Below are positions 49,935-63,334 of a DNA stretch of 64,000 nt, piece after piece. How positions within the stretch are numbered: position 1 is the stretch's first letter; each line of letters begins with the position of its first letter. The notes beneath the pieces were generated by a model. It did no database searches. It saw only the letters and a list, made by a program, of their open reading frames with translations, and was not told where the DNA came from. The position numbers and the translations under genes were made by a program. The stretch is from Narcine bancroftii (taxonomy: Eukaryota). The DNA is taken from the NCBI RefSeq assembly GCF_036971445.1, contig NC_091474.1, positions 127,038,001-127,102,000 of the forward strand. Direction: 5' to 3'.

Positions 49935-51087
49935 AAAGAATGAACCCACTGGAATTTGCCTATCACCACAATTGCTCCACAGCAGAAGCAAGGTCACTGG
50001 CTCTCTACTCAGCTCTGGATTACCTCAAAAACAACTCGTACATACAGCTCTTCGTAGACTGCAGCTCAGCTATCACCGCCATTATTTTTCAGTGCTGGTC
50101 AAGAAGCTCCAAACCCTAGGCCTCTGTACCCCCCCCCCCCACCCCGCAACTAGATCCTCGACTTCCTTATTGTAAGGCCACAGAACAAATTGAAATCAAC
50201 ATCTCCTCTTCATTGACTAACCACGCAGGTGCACCCCAAGGATGCGTGGTTAGCCAACTGTTCTACTCACTATACACCCATGACTGTGTGGCTATCTACA
50301 AATTTGCCAATGACACTATGGTTGTCAGTAGAATCACTAACAGTAATGAGGAAGCATACAGGAGGGAGATAGATCAGCTCAATGAGTGGTATCATATCAA
50401 CAAAACCAAGGAGATTGAGGGCTTCAGGACAAAGTCAGGAGAATGCAATCCAGTCCTCATCGAGAGCTCAGTAGCAGAGAAGGTCAAGAACTTAAAATTT
50501 CCTGGCGTCACTATCTCGGAGGGTCTGTCCTGGAGCCTGCATGTCGATGCAATAATGTAGAAAGCCCGCCAGCAGCTATACTTTGTGAGGTGTTTGAGGA
50601 GATTCAGTTATCACTGAAGACTCTCGAAAACTTCTACCCTGGAGAACATTGTAATTGGTTGTATCACTGTCTAGTACGGAGGTGCCAAAGCTGAGGACAA
50701 GAAAAAGCTCCAGAAGGTTGTTAACTTGGGCTGTGATATGACAAGTACCAGACTTTAATCCATTGAGGTCATCTTCATGAGGCAGTGTCTTAAGAAAACA
50801 ACCTCTCTCCTCAAGGACCCCCACCACCCAGGCCATGCCTTCTGCACTCTACTGCCATCAGGAAAAAGGTACAGGAGTCTAAAGATGAGCATTCAGTGGC
50901 ACAAGGAGTTTCTTCCCTACTGCCATCAGATTCCTGAATGATCATTGAACCAAAGACTTACTTTGACTTTCATGCACTAGTTTTTATTTATTTTTGTAAG
51001 GTGGTTTATATGAATGTTTACACTGTGATGCTGCTGTATTACAAAGAATTTTGTGACTTGTTCATGGCAATAATTCTGATTCTGATC
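49935..51087 (+). mobile_element. Rex1/Babar-like LINE RT region and 3' end
   Basis: FAY.HN.ST, LFVD.SSA and GAPQGCV.S.LFYSLYTHDC..IYKFAND; tail ctgattctgat. Confidence 0.8.
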
Positions 51088-51298
51088 CCTTGTGTCACTC
51101 AGGGACTGGCTGCACTGTGCTAAGTATCACAAGATTTTAAGGTGTTCTTCAGCGTTATTAGTGTTTTATATGGCTATGTCTGTTGAAAAGAAAATTTTAA
51201 TGAGTGTATTGTGAGTGAATTTAAACTTTCTTTTAGAAATGGGAAGGAAATAAATCATTACAGTCAAACATTCACCAGTTGTGTTCTTTTATTGCTAG

Positions 51299-51404
51299 GG
51301 AATATTGACAAACTACTACATCCCACCTTCGCTGCCTACTGCCTCTTGTAGAACCACTGAGAAGAAAAATGAAATCAAACCTAAGGAAAAGGTGACTTGT
51401 CCTA
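51299..51404 (+). CDS. SHPRH: SHPRH coding exon 6
   Basis: GILTNYYIPP...KPKEKVTCP; 106 nt; acceptor gctAG, donor GTAAGT. Confidence 0.9.
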
Positions 51405-51519
51405 GTAAGTGCACCCTTTGTTACCATACAGCTGAGTGATAATGAAAAGTTTATAAATGCAAATCTCTGGTGGGAAACCTACTCATTTATAGAGTAAATC
51501 AGAAATGACAGATACCAGC

Positions 51520-54500
51520 AAAGGTGATAAGAAGAGATAATGAGTTTAAGGGCTTTAAGATAAAAGATGAAGTACATCAAATTAATCTTTTTGCAGATGA
51601 TGTACTATATCTTACAAACCATGAAATTTCATTAAAAAAAAGTAAATGTTCGATTGGCGGAGTATGGATTAATATCAGGTTATAAAGTAAATATTGATAA
51701 AAGTGAAGTGATGCCCATGATTGAGGCTGATTATACTCAAGCTAAGAAAATGACAAAATTTAAATGGCAGAAGGAGGCGGTTAAATATTTAGGAATGAAT
51801 ATTGATAAGAATTTGAATAATTTAAATTAAATTATATACCTTTATTGAAGAAAATTAAAGATTTAATAAAATGGAAGGATTTACCAGTTTCTTTCATAGG
51901 AAGGATCAATTGTGTGAAGATGAATATTTTTCCTAGAATACAATGCCTATTCCAATCATTACCAATTTTTGTACCAACAATGTTTTTTCAAGATTTAAAT
52001 AATGTAAGAAAATTTATTTGGCGAGACAAAATGCCTAAGATGGCATTGGGAAAACTAACATGGAAATATGATGCCTAATTAAAAAAATTATTATAAAGCA
52101 GCTCAACTTAGATTCTTGCCTTCCTGTTATCAGGCTGGTGAAATGACAGTGAGGGTACAGATTGAAATGAGTCAAAATAGGAGAAAATTCCAAACATATT
52201 TTGTATAAATGGCACAAAGAACAGGGAAAATAGATACACCAATTTTGAAACATGTACTTAAAGTATGGAATCCATGTAGAAAGAGGAAAGAAGAATTACC
52301 AAATAGCCAAATTGTTTTTAAAGCAAAATCCTTTGATTCCCTTTACAGTTAATGATTCATTTTTTGATATTTGGTATAACTGTGGAATAAAAAGGATAAA
52401 GGATTGGTTTTTGGGTTTTTGACTTTCGACCAATTGAAAGACAAGTATAACATACCAAATAATACTTTTTTTTCTTATTATCAACTTAAATTATAATTAA
52501 AAAGAAAGTTAGGACTGAATTTTAGATTACCTGAACAAAGTCAATTTGAATATTTAATAACTAATATGTTTATTAAAATATTTATTAATAATATGTATAT
52601 AAAATTTCAAGAGATTGTGCAGAAAATTTTTTTTAAAATCTAAATTGAGATGGGAAAGATATTTAAATATACATATTCAAGAAGATGAATGGTCAAAACT
52701 ATGTTATGAAAGTGTAACTAACACAATTAATATCAGATATCAAATGGTACAATTTAATTTTTTATATCATTTATATTGTACTCTACATAAATTACATGGA
52801 CTTAATTCAAATTGCTCTGATCAATGTTTTAAATGTAATAAGGAGGTAGGAACCTTTTTGCATGCAGCATGGCAATGTGAAAAAGTAGACAAATTTTGGA
52901 AAGATAGAGTATTTTACTGGGACAAATTATGAAGATGTAAGTTCCGAAAGACCCAAAAATATTTTTGTTAGGGGATATTCACGATTTGAAGTTAAATATT
53001 TATCAGAGGAAGTTCTTAAGTGCAGCAATAGCAGTAGCAAAGAAATGTATCGCCATAATGTGGAAACTAGATAATCTTCTTTTCTTTGGCTTGGCTTCAC
53101 GGACGAAGATTTATGGAGGGGGTAAAAAGTCCACGTCAGCTGCAGGCTCGTTTGTGGCTGACAAGTCCGATGCGGGACAGGCAGACACGGTTGCAGCGGT
53201 TGCAGGGGAAAATTGGTTGGTTGGGGTTGGGTGTTGGGTTTTTCCTCCTTTGCCTTTTGTCAGTGAGGTGGGCTCTGCGGTCTTCTTCAAAGGAGGTTGC
53301 TGCCCGCCAAACTGTGAGGCGCCAAGATGCACGGTTTGAGGCGTTATCAGCCCACTGGCGGTGGTCAATGTGGCAGGCACCAAGAGATTTCTTTAGGCAG
53401 TCCTTGTACCTTTTCTTTGGTGCACCTCTGTCAAGGTGGCCAGTGGAGAGCTCGCCATATAACGCGATCTTGGGAAGGCGATGGTCCTCCATTCTGGAGA
53501 CGTGACCCATCCAGCGCAGCTGGATCTTCAGCAGCGTGGACTCGATGCTGTCGACCTCTGCCATCTCGAGTACTTCGACGTTAGGGATGAAAGCGCTCCA
53601 ATGGATGTTGAGGATGGAGCGGAGACAACGCTGGTGGAAGCGTTCTAGGAGCCGTAGGTGGTGCCGGTAGAGGACCCATGATTCGGAGCCGAACAGGAGT
53701 GTGGGTATGACAACGGCTCTGTATACGCTTATCTTTGTGAGGTTTTTCAGTTGGTTGTTTTTCCAGACTCTTTTGTGTAGTCTTCCAAAGGCGCTATTTG
53801 CCTTGGCGAGTCTGTTGTCTATCTCATTGTCGATGCTTGCATCTGATGAAATGGTGCAGCCGAGATAGGTAAACTGGTTGACCGTTTTGAGTTTTGTGTG
53901 CCCGATAGAGATGTGGGGGGGCTGGTAGTCATGGTGGGGAGCTGGCTGATGGAGGACCTCAGTTTTCTTCAGGCTGACTTCCAGGCCAAACATTTTGGCA
54001 GTTTCCGCAAAGCAGGACGTCAAGCGCTGAAGAGCTGGCTCTGAATGGGCAACTAAAGCGGCATCGTCTGCAAAGAGTAGTTCACGGACAAGTTGCTCTT
54101 GTGTCTTGGTGTGAGCTTGCAGGCGCCTCAGATTGAAGAGACTGCTATCCGTGCGGTACCGGATGTAAACAGCGTCTTCATTGTTGGGGTCTTTCACGGC
54201 TTGGTTCAAATAGATGCCAAATGGAATTGCAAAATTGTATACCGTTAGAGAAAATAATGTGTAATTTACAGTATCAACCAGAAAAATATTATAAGATTTG
54301 GAAACCTTATATGGATTTTATTTGTAAAAGGAGTTCATCTGCGGCCTCCGCTGCTCCCACTCCAACTCACCCTAGTTAATTTAAGGTCTAAGATTATATT
54401 TGTAAATTTGAAATTCATTTAATCAATGAAGGATATATGATTAATTCAGGCAGGTGTTTTCTTTTTTTCTTATCTTTTTGGGGAGGGGAGGAAAAAATAT

Positions 54501-54595
54501 AAAATGTATTCTTGCATCTTTTTTATTCTGTATGATTACAGATAAGTACTGTATTTGCTATTGATGTAAATGAAAAATAAAATTTTCAGAAAAGA
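51520..54595 (+). mobile_element. Decayed L1/Tx1-like LINE (RT through 3' UTR) interrupted by an RTE
   Basis: LFADDV, SGYKVN..KS, GRINCVKMNIFPRI..LFQ and C.KC..EVGTFLHA.W.C motifs. Flanked by cagaaatgacagatacca / aagaaatgacggatacca (about 51500 and 54592), a possible TSD. Confidence 0.82.
53080..54209 (-). mobile_element. Young 5'-truncated RTE-clade LINE with an open 357-codon RT ORF
   Basis: LFNLRRLQAHTK...LLFADDAAL...; near-identical to the copy at 17946-18878. Confidence 0.93.
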
Positions 54596-55146
54596 AATGA
54601 CGGATACCATCATTGTTATAATGGGCAGGAAATTGAAAATGGTATTGGCTGAGTATAGCTTATCAAAGATTTGTATTTAATACCTTTCCCAACCTGAGGA
54701 CATTCCAGAATGCTCTTCAGTTCATGAATCATTTTGATATTGAATTGTGGTCACTAGATATTACAATGCCCACTTTGAACTGAGCTAGTCTTGCATCATT
54801 GGTTCTATTTTAGTAGTGGCTGAGTTCAAGAAGTTTGATAAACAATGAGAATTACAAACAATAGTAGAGATATAATGGCTGCCTTAAAAGCAACTAGCCT
54901 ATAAATACAGCAAAGATCAAGTGTTATAGAACCACTTAACTCCTTCTGATTTTTCCCATTATTGGAGGAGTCAGTCTTTAGCCAATTTAATTTAATTTAA
55001 TAGTGGAGAGCACAAGATACAGCAAAGGTTATGGGATCAGGCAACATCTTCATCGCTGAAGACTTGTTTTGGACTAGATGCACCTCTTGACAAGCTGTTC
55101 CAGTACATCTTCAACATGGTTTTAGACAATAGAAAGTTGCCTAATA

Positions 55147-56853
55147 CAGGCAGGTCCCAGTTTATGACAGGGTTCAGTTCCTGAGAACTGTTTACAATCC
55201 AAATTTTTCCTTAAGACAGAGGTGAACAAAAGCAGCGTGTGGGAGAGGATCACAGAATTGGGACAGTAAGCAGGTGTGGTAAGAGCAGCTGCCAGCTGGC
55301 ATCACTGACGCATTAGCCCCTTTTACACAGCTACTTCAAGGTGGGAATATTGTGCTTTATTGCCCCACACCCTCTGATTGAAAGGTACAAACATGGAGTG
55401 GGAGGGAGGTGGGGGTCATTGTAATCCCACCTTTAAGGCAGCAGCGGAGGTAGTCACAGTGCCAAATCGACGTCTTTGTAAAAAGGGCAAGCCGGGATCA
55501 GATAGGAAAAGGATGTGTATGTGTACTGTACTTGACGACATATAAGACCCACAACCCACAAGCACATAAGGACCCCTCCCCCCCACCATTTCAGTGGGGA
55601 ATATTAAGAACATTTTTTTTAGTGTATTTACGGGTAAGCATTTAAAACTTGGACAAAACATGAAACTAGGACCACAGGAAAAATCTTTTTAATAATAAAA
55701 CTGCTGAAAATTACAAGAGTAAACAAAAACTGCTTAGCTATAGCAGAAAACATTTTATACAAATAAACTGCCGCTATCGATCCCCACCTTAGACCCGTTG
55801 TCCCACTCTCTCCCGTTGTCCCACTGTCCTGTTCTCCCAGCACTCTGCTCTCTTGGTGCCCCGCTGTCAATCCTGACACTGGTTTCACTGCCAGCTCTCT
55901 TCCGGTGGCACGCTGTTGGTCCCCATGCTGGTGCCCCTCCTGGGGAGGGGAGTGGGGCGTGGGACTGACAGCGGGCGGCCGAGAGCTACTGGCCCCCACA
56001 CTGATCCCACTGCTCCACTCCCTCCTGACAGCCTGCCACCAGCCCCCAATGATAGATAGCGGAGATGCTAGTGAGCCATGCAGCAATGATGATCACTGTC
56101 GGCGTTACTCACCATTATCACCCTAATTTCAACTTCACATACAAGATCTGGGGGATATTTCTGAGCCATTTTTTTGTGGAAAAAAGTGGGTCTTAAATGC
56201 TGTCAAATACAGTATGTTATATGTCACGCTAGACACCGACGCTGTTGTGTTACACGTCCTGCCTAAATAACGCACTGGTCCAGCATTATGCCGGCATTGT
56301 TTGGTTAATGACAGGTCTTCTTTATGGCAGTATTGCGGGATCTCTGTGTATAAAGGGCTAGCTAGTCATGGCTCTCAGCTGTGCTCGGCTCCACCCTGTA
56401 CCCTGGTTGTTGTGGCTTAAGGTGGGAAGAGAAGGCAAAGGGAAGTGTCCTGTTCCTACCCAGCAGAAGATGCCAGCAGCCATATAGCAGCCAGTAAAAT
56501 CATTCTCCATCCGACATGCTAGTCTCCTAAACACCTGAACCCTGAACAACCCTGAACAAAGACTGCCTGAAGTCCCACAGCAGCAGGCAAATCCATCCAC
56601 AGCCGGATCTGTGAACAGCTAGCACAGTGGCTCAAATCAAATCTTGTTGGAAATATTACCTCTGCCTCGGCAGCATATAGCTGAACAGCCAGGTTCTGAC
56701 CACACCGTTCAACTCCAAATCATTAGATTTGCCTCACAGACTTACCTATCAAAGTCTCCTATAAAGTTAAAGAAGCTTAACTCCCAAAATTCCTTTAGAA
56801 ATTTGTTGGGAGATTTGTAAGTCAGAGCTTTTGTAACTAAGAGACTGCCCGCA
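55147..56853. mobile_element. Old Tigger-like element with nested insertions
   Basis: Degenerate termini caggcaggtcccagtttatg and gtaactaagagactgcccg. The region 56215-56740 may be an LTR-retrotransposon remnant. Confidence 0.45.
55526..56212. mobile_element. pogo-like MITE
   Basis: TA|ctgtacttgacgacatataagacccac ... gtgggtcttaaatgctgtcaaatacag|TA. Confidence 0.78.
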
Positions 56854-56944
56854 TAATAAAGGAAAGAAAAATGCAATCTGGCTAATTACTCCATCATAAA
56901 ATTTTACTTGGAAGAAATTGATCAAGCAACACTATTGCCAGAGG

Positions 56945-57125
56945 CAGCAACGTGGGTTCAAATCCAGTGCTGTCTGTAAGGAATTTGTATGTTCTCCCTG
57001 TTTCTTGAGTGGGTTTCCTCCCATCTTTCAAAAACATACAAGGATTGCAAGTTTATTGGTGTATTTGGGGGACATGGGCTTATGGGCTGGAAGGGCCTGT
57101 TACTGTGGTGTACATCGAAATTCAA
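56945..57125 (+). mobile_element. V-SINE-like copy
   Basis: gggttcaaatcc...gtctgtaaggaatttgt...gaagggcctgttact. Confidence 0.68.
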
Positions 57126-57600
57126 AATGCAACTGACAATACTATCAAGTGATACAGTACTTACTTAGTAACATCTTCATGGATGTTTAGTATATGTTTC
57201 AAGACAATTCAGTTTTGGACTAGAATATAGACCATTGGCATGTAGAGCCCTTGCCTCTTTCTGAGATTTCCCACAACCACAGCCCATTTGATTCAGTGTC
57301 AGCCATGTTCAGAACATTGGCTGCAGCAACAGCTTTGGGACCAGACTCATTGCTGACTTGCTCCAAATGTCGACAAAAGATTGAAAGTGATTGCTCTTGA
57401 CATCAAGACAGCATTTAAACCATTATGGTGTGTAGATGAAACAAGTGGGAGATTAAGTGGGGACCTTTGGGCAGAGGTTTCAAGAAGAGAGATGAGGCTA
57501 TTGGAAGGATGTGAAACTAAAACAACATTGGGAACAAATCAAAGATTGCCGCAAAAGGTGAATTGATGGTGGTATTGACTGATTATTCTTTTATACACAG

Positions 57601-57857
57601 ATCTTCGGGTAATGTTAATTACTGCTATAAAGCAAATGAAGGTGAGAAAATCAACCTCTGTCAGTGCGATATACAAATACATCACTGCTACCTACAAGTA
57701 TGACATTCAGCGGAATCGCCATCTCATCAAGAAAACTTTAGGCAAGCTTATCGCAGAGCAGGTGATCAAACAAGTCAAAGGTCATGGATTAGCTGGTTCC
57801 TTCATTATTGGAAAGAATTACAAAGAACAAATAAAAAGAAAGGGAACAGAAAAGCAG
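57601..57857 (+). CDS. SHPRH: SHPRH coding exon 7 (H15 linker-histone domain)
   Basis: LRVMLITAIKQM...SVSAIYKYI...YDIQRNRHLIKKTL...VKGHGLAGSF; 257 nt. Confidence 0.95.
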
Positions 57858-58154
57858 GTATTAACTGTTGTGCTTCACTGAAATTATATTTATTTTCAAA
57901 CTCATTCTTTTTGTAAGGGCTGATACAGTTCATTTTTACCCTCATTCTTCTTATTCATGGAATCTCAGGAATGCTATTTTCCCTATCTTAGCTTCTAAAT
58001 CTCAGTGAAGAAGGAACGTATACCTAAGGTTAACATAAGATATTCTATATATTCTTTTTAAAAAAAATCAAGAGGAGAATAATGTATTTTTCACATAATT
58101 TGTGAATGAGCATCGATTGTGTGAGATCTAGGCCTTTGAGAGGAATAATAGAGA

Positions 58155-58830
58155 CTCAGAAGATTGTAGAGGCTGGAATCCAGAGCAAAAACAATCTAGT
58201 GGGAGAACTCAGCAGGTTGAGCAGCATCTAGAGGGGGGGGAAAGGAACTTTCAGTGGTTGAGAATGAGACATTGCATCAGGACAGAGTGGAGAGCAAAGA
58301 TAGCCAGCATAAAGAGGAGGAGAGGAGAGGGGAAGGGATGAGATAGGTGATTGGTGGACACCTATCTCTACCAAATGATAGGTGGGGTAAGGGGAGAGGT
58401 GGAGTTGGGAGACTGAGGCAAGTGGATGATCAATGTAGATAAACAAATGTCCAGGTGCTGGGGTCCAGTGTAGTACATAAAAGTGCTGAAGAAACTCACC
58501 TGGTCATTTAGCATCCATAGAATGCAAAAGGTGGTTTGGTCTCTCTGGTGTGGTAGTGGGTGAGGACCAGGCTAATCCTGTCCTTGTTGCGTTTCTCCGC
58601 ATCCAACATATTTCCACCACCTACAATGTCATAATTTCACCAGACACATCCATTAATCTGTCCCTCTCTCTCTCTCTCTCTCCTCTCTCTTTTCTCTCTC
58701 TCTCTCTTTTTTCTCTCTCTCTCTCTATCTCTCTCTATACCCCCCCCCCATTTGATCCATTTTTGTCCCATTTCCTCCTGCTCCCCCCTTCTATCCAAGT
58801 ACTACCTACACATTTCACCCATCGTTAATA
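58155..58830. mobile_element. Penelope-derived fragments with a (CT)n microsatellite at about 58662-58737
   Basis: gagaactcagcagg terminal repeats; 58547-58652 is homologous to 34823-34940. Confidence 0.6.
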
Positions 58831-59173
58831 ACACTGACTTTTTACAATTGTCATGGTTGGCTTTCAAGTTCATGTCTCAGGAAGAGAGTTTTAAACCTTG
58901 AATGAGGGGTCATGGGTAGATAATAAAATGTCAAAGATTTACAGAGAAATTTATTTCAAAAAAAAGTTATGAGCATTTGGAATTAATTTCCAGAATTACT
59001 AATTGATACAGAAACAATGTAAATCAGAGGATTCGATTGGATAAGTAGATGAAGGAACAGATTATTTGTTTGCATAAGAATTTAATTTTGAAATCACTGG
59101 TTCAGGAGAGTTTTTATTTTAAGTTCTATGTGTGAATTGTGCAAATTTACAATACTTCATTATTTTCGTATAG

Positions 59174-59866
59174 AAGCTGAGCCCTGGGAAAAACATGTTG
59201 CCCATCTTTCTAAACAATGGGCAGGAGATGAAAACAGAAGAAGCCAGTCCAACATCGAATGCAGCAGGCACTGGCAACCCACAGGCAAATGATTCTTCAG
59301 ACTGTCTCTTGGAAAAGGAAAAGAACAATTGCATTGAAACTGAGGAATGCAAGAAATCAGTACTTCAACTGGAAGTATCACGGGAATTTGATCAAAATGA
59401 AGAGGAGGTTTGCAGAGGATTAGATTTACTGTCACCTGGTCAAGGAATTTCAGAAAATAATGACATTGGAGAAATCGGGGAAAGTTGCTTTGCCTCAAAT
59501 GATACAAGTTACCCAAATGTCCTCCAAGGAGATTCTCAACAAGATATGAAGACAACACATTTGGCTAAAATGACTTCTTCCTCCAGCAAATTGAAGTATC
59601 ATTTCGAATGCATATGTGGTGAAAATGGATTGGCTGATTATAAAGCACGGGTGCAGTGCCTGAAGTGTAATTTGTGGCAACATGCCACTTGTGTTAATTA
59701 CAAGGAAGATGACATTCAGATCAGGCCATTCTTCTGCCCACACTGCCTGGTCACAATGAAACCTGTGTCCACATCTGCAACCCTCATTATCTCTCCCAGT
59801 TCCATCTGCCACCAATGGGTGGATGAAATTAACAGACACGTGAGATCATCTTCAATTTCTATCCTG
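59174..59866 (+). CDS. SHPRH: SHPRH coding exon 8 (acidic linker, PHD finger, helicase motif Ia)
   Basis: FECICG...VQCLKCNLWQHATCV...CPHC (PHD) and TLIISPSSICHQWVDEINRH; 693 nt; tandem acceptor TAG-AAG. Confidence 0.93.
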
Positions 59867-60525
59867 GTAAGGAATGCTCAGAGCAAAGGAAATCAAGGTT
59901 GTATTAATTTCAAAAGCCTAGTTTTCATTATGTTTATCACTTATTTATTTTTCACTCATTTATTCTCCAACTATATTCGAATTATCTGTGGTAGGAACAT
60001 TGCAAGAAATTTTATCCAAAAACTTTTATTAAGATAGATGTAATCTCCAGCTCTGAATCATGTAACAGAATCATGGACATGAATCAAGCCTATTTCTTCT
60101 AAATGCTGTGTGGATTCTGGTTGGAATCCATCATGATGCCTACAGTTCTGAGCTCCAAATGGATGCCTTAGCAGGAAGTGCTTTCTGCAGAGCATTCAAA
60201 ACTTGGGGCTGAAACTGGCCATGAATGTTTGAACACACATATAAGATGTCTTAATACCAGTTTGATAGCTTCCTGTTGTAGGTAATTGTCATGAACTTGA
60301 TTTCAGGTACATAAGACCCATGTAGATGCTCATAAAGAGTGTGCAGTGGTTCTCCAACAAATATTTTCAAAAGACTCCCTGGGTGGGAGTCAGAGTTTTG
60401 CACCTGGCTCTACATGAGAATGATAATCTACTGCATTGCTCCTTCTGATTGTTACCATGCCCAACACCAGCCCCTTATGATTGTTTGTGGATTTGATACC
60501 TCATCTAAGAACTAATTCCGAATGA

Positions 60526-60674
60526 AACACACAAAATGCTGGAGGAACTCAGCAGGTCAGGCAGCATCCATGGAAAGCAATAGATAGTCAGTGTTTTAGG
60601 CTGAAATTTTGACCATCTATTGCCTTCCATGGATGCTGCCTGACCTGCTGAGTTCCTCTAGCATTTTGTGTGTT
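60526..60674. repeat. Near-perfect palindrome derived from Penelope terminal repeats
   Basis: 65-bp arms with 3 mismatches and a 19-nt loop. Confidence 0.85.
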
Positions 60675-60929
60675 GCTCTCTTTTCCACCATCTGTGGCCT
60701 TTGTTTGGCTCAATTATATCAGTATGATGGTTTTAACGTCTTATCAAACAAACATGCCAAAAGTACCTATAATTGGGTAATTTAGTTTTATGATACATTC
60801 ATTTTGAAATAGTTGAGGTAATTACATTATTTACCTCCAAGTATGATTTGTTGTTCTGACGGTTTAAGGTACTTTAATTCTTTAAAACCTTCATTAGCAA
60901 ATCCAGCTTCCACTATTTGTCCTCCACAG

Positions 60930-61181
60930 GTGTACCAAGGAGTGAAGAAACATGGTTTTATACAACCTCATGCACTAGCAGAGCATGAGATAGTCATCAC
61001 AACATATGATGTACTCAGAACAGAGCTGAATTATGTTGACATACCTCATAGCAACAGTGATGATGGACGCCGATTACGCAAGGAGAAGCGTTACATGGCC
61101 ATCCCAAGTCCATTGGTGGCAGTGGAATGGTGGAGGATCTGTCTGGACGAGGCCCAAATGGTTGAATGTGCCACGGCTAAG
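60930..61181 (+). CDS. SHPRH: SHPRH coding exon 9 (motif II, DEAQ)
   Basis: VYQGVKKHGFIQPH...ITTYDVLR...WWRICLDEAQMVE; 252 nt. Confidence 0.96.
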
Positions 61182-61734
61182 GTGGGCCCTTGAAGGCAAA
61201 ACTCCCTAGGCAGGAATTACATCCAGAGTACAAGTTGTCTTTGACATTGCATTCCTGATGGAGATGTTGGGGAATTGTACTAGTTTGAAGAATAAGATCA
61301 GGATGATCAATAAGGTCTTGTGACACTGGATACCTTATGATCTTATTGTTTCCAGTTCATCATCCGATTATACAAGTAAACCCAACAAGACAGTGTTCTC
61401 TGGTCTTCTGTGCAAAAACATGCACACACACAAACAGACATAACAAATATACAGACAAATAATGTATATGCAGCACATATATACATATGCAAAAATAAAT
61501 AAATAGAGTAGAGTCTTGGAGGGTTTATATGAACAGTTCATAGTCGTTCAGTATTGAAGGACAATGTGGCTTGTCCTTGATTCCATTTCTTATTCTTTTA
61601 AGTCTCTTTTTCGTGAATATAAATCAAGCTTTGAAATGAACAGATGCAGTCTCAGTATCTTCCTTTCTGAGTGGGGAAAAGAAATGCTCACACTCCGAAT
61701 TCCTTCCTTTTGCCATTGTCTCTTTTCTTCACAG

Positions 61735-61813
61735 GCTGCAGAAATGTGTCTTCGACTGACTGCCATTAATCGTTGGTGCGTCACAGGAACACCTGTCCAA
61801 AGAGGATTAGAAG
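61735..61813 (+). CDS. SHPRH: SHPRH coding exon 10 (motif III); the gene continues beyond the right edge
   Basis: AAEMCLRLTAINRWCVTGTPVQRGLE; 79 nt; acceptor cacAG, donor G|GTATGG. Confidence 0.95.
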
Positions 61814-62959
61814 GTATGGTTTCAAGCATCTTCTTTAGAAAGTAAGCATTTTCCTATAAAAGAGAATGGGCAATGTCTTGTACAGGAAGAGAATGACTGG
61901 TTATTGTTGATCATATATGCAGAACCCATGACTAGTTAATTGTTTACATGAATGTCATTTCTATAATTGGGTTTTTGTGTAAGTTCTGTGGATGTATTGT
62001 TAACAACTTGCGAATCAAAGGTTTTTGTAGTGCAAAAGACTAGGAGACTGGGGAATTTATTCTCAGCTGGACTTCTCCCTTTGAAGAAGTTCAGTCCTCT
62101 AGTACATTTGATGTAAAATTCTTGATGACTGATGTGGGATGTTCTTTGTGACCTTGACGATCCATGCTTCCAGCTGGTGCTCATGTTCAACATGTAAAGA
62201 TCTGTTCTTTGAAGTTTGCAATCTTCCCAAGAATGCTGTGCAGCCACTTGGGGATATCCCTGAGACCGACACCAAGGAAGGGATGTGCCAGGATCATGTC
62301 AGAGGCCACAGAAATGCGTATTTGTACCCCCCCCCATCACAACAATTGAATTTCCTATCACCTTTGCCCTCCTGTCCTTTCCATTTTCTCCATTCTCCTC
62401 ATACCCTTACTGCAAAGCACTGATCCCATTCTTTTCAAACTCACTCTCCAAATACATAAAGGTCCTTATCAGACACCTTAGAAAACCTGAACTCAAAACA
62501 TTTCCTTGACTACATGATGTACCTTTAACTATCTGCTTCAAAGTACATATTTCATAATCATAATTTAGAGTGTTGCTTAACCTTTTCATTTCCTTTCTGT
62601 CTTTCTTAATTTCTTAAATCCAGCATTTTTTTTTAATGCTAAACACATTTTAGAAAGTTGACATGCAGAGTCACGAACAGCATTCAAGAACTATTCAGAT
62701 GAGCACTTGTGTTGCTTTTGCATAGAAGGCTCTGGGCCAGGTGCCGGAAGCAGGGATTAATAAGGATAAGGGTCTATATGTTGGCATGGACATGGAGAGC
62801 TGCATGGCCTGCTTCCATGCTGAAAGACTCTATGACGTAAAAACTATTTTAATGTTTGCATTGATTTTACTTTAGATTATCTCCAGGATAAAAGATTTGT
62901 CTTCATGAATGAAAAAGCACATTTTTTTTACTCTTGCACTAACTGCAACTGAAAATATT

Positions 62960-63190
62960 TTAAAAATTTAGACATGCAGCACGGTACAGGCCCTTCTAGT
63001 CCATGAGCCGGTGCCGCCCAAATACCCCAATTAACCTAAAACCCCATATGTTTTTGGAAGGTGGGAGGAAACTGGAGCAGCCGGAGAAAACCAAAGTAGA
63101 CACAGGGAGACCATACAAATTCCTTACAGACAGCATCGGATTTGAACCTGGGTTGCTGATTCTGTAATAGTAACACGCTTACCGTGCAAC
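62960..63190 (-). mobile_element. V-SINE-like copy
   Basis: Same architecture as the copies at 37465 and 46575. Confidence 0.72.
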
Positions 63191-63334
63191 CAAAAATTAT
63201 TTATCTTTTCTTTATTATTTAGTATCTCTTTTTCTGTCTTGCATTTGTGGTAATTTAATTTTTTTTACTATTGTGGTTGTATCTTTATATGCAGCAAGTA
63301 AGATTTTCCGTGCATCTGTACAATAAACCCACAT

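Noticed and set aside
57612-57881. Independent histone H1 gene
   Set aside because: It is the H15 domain exon of SHPRH and splices in frame with its neighbours.
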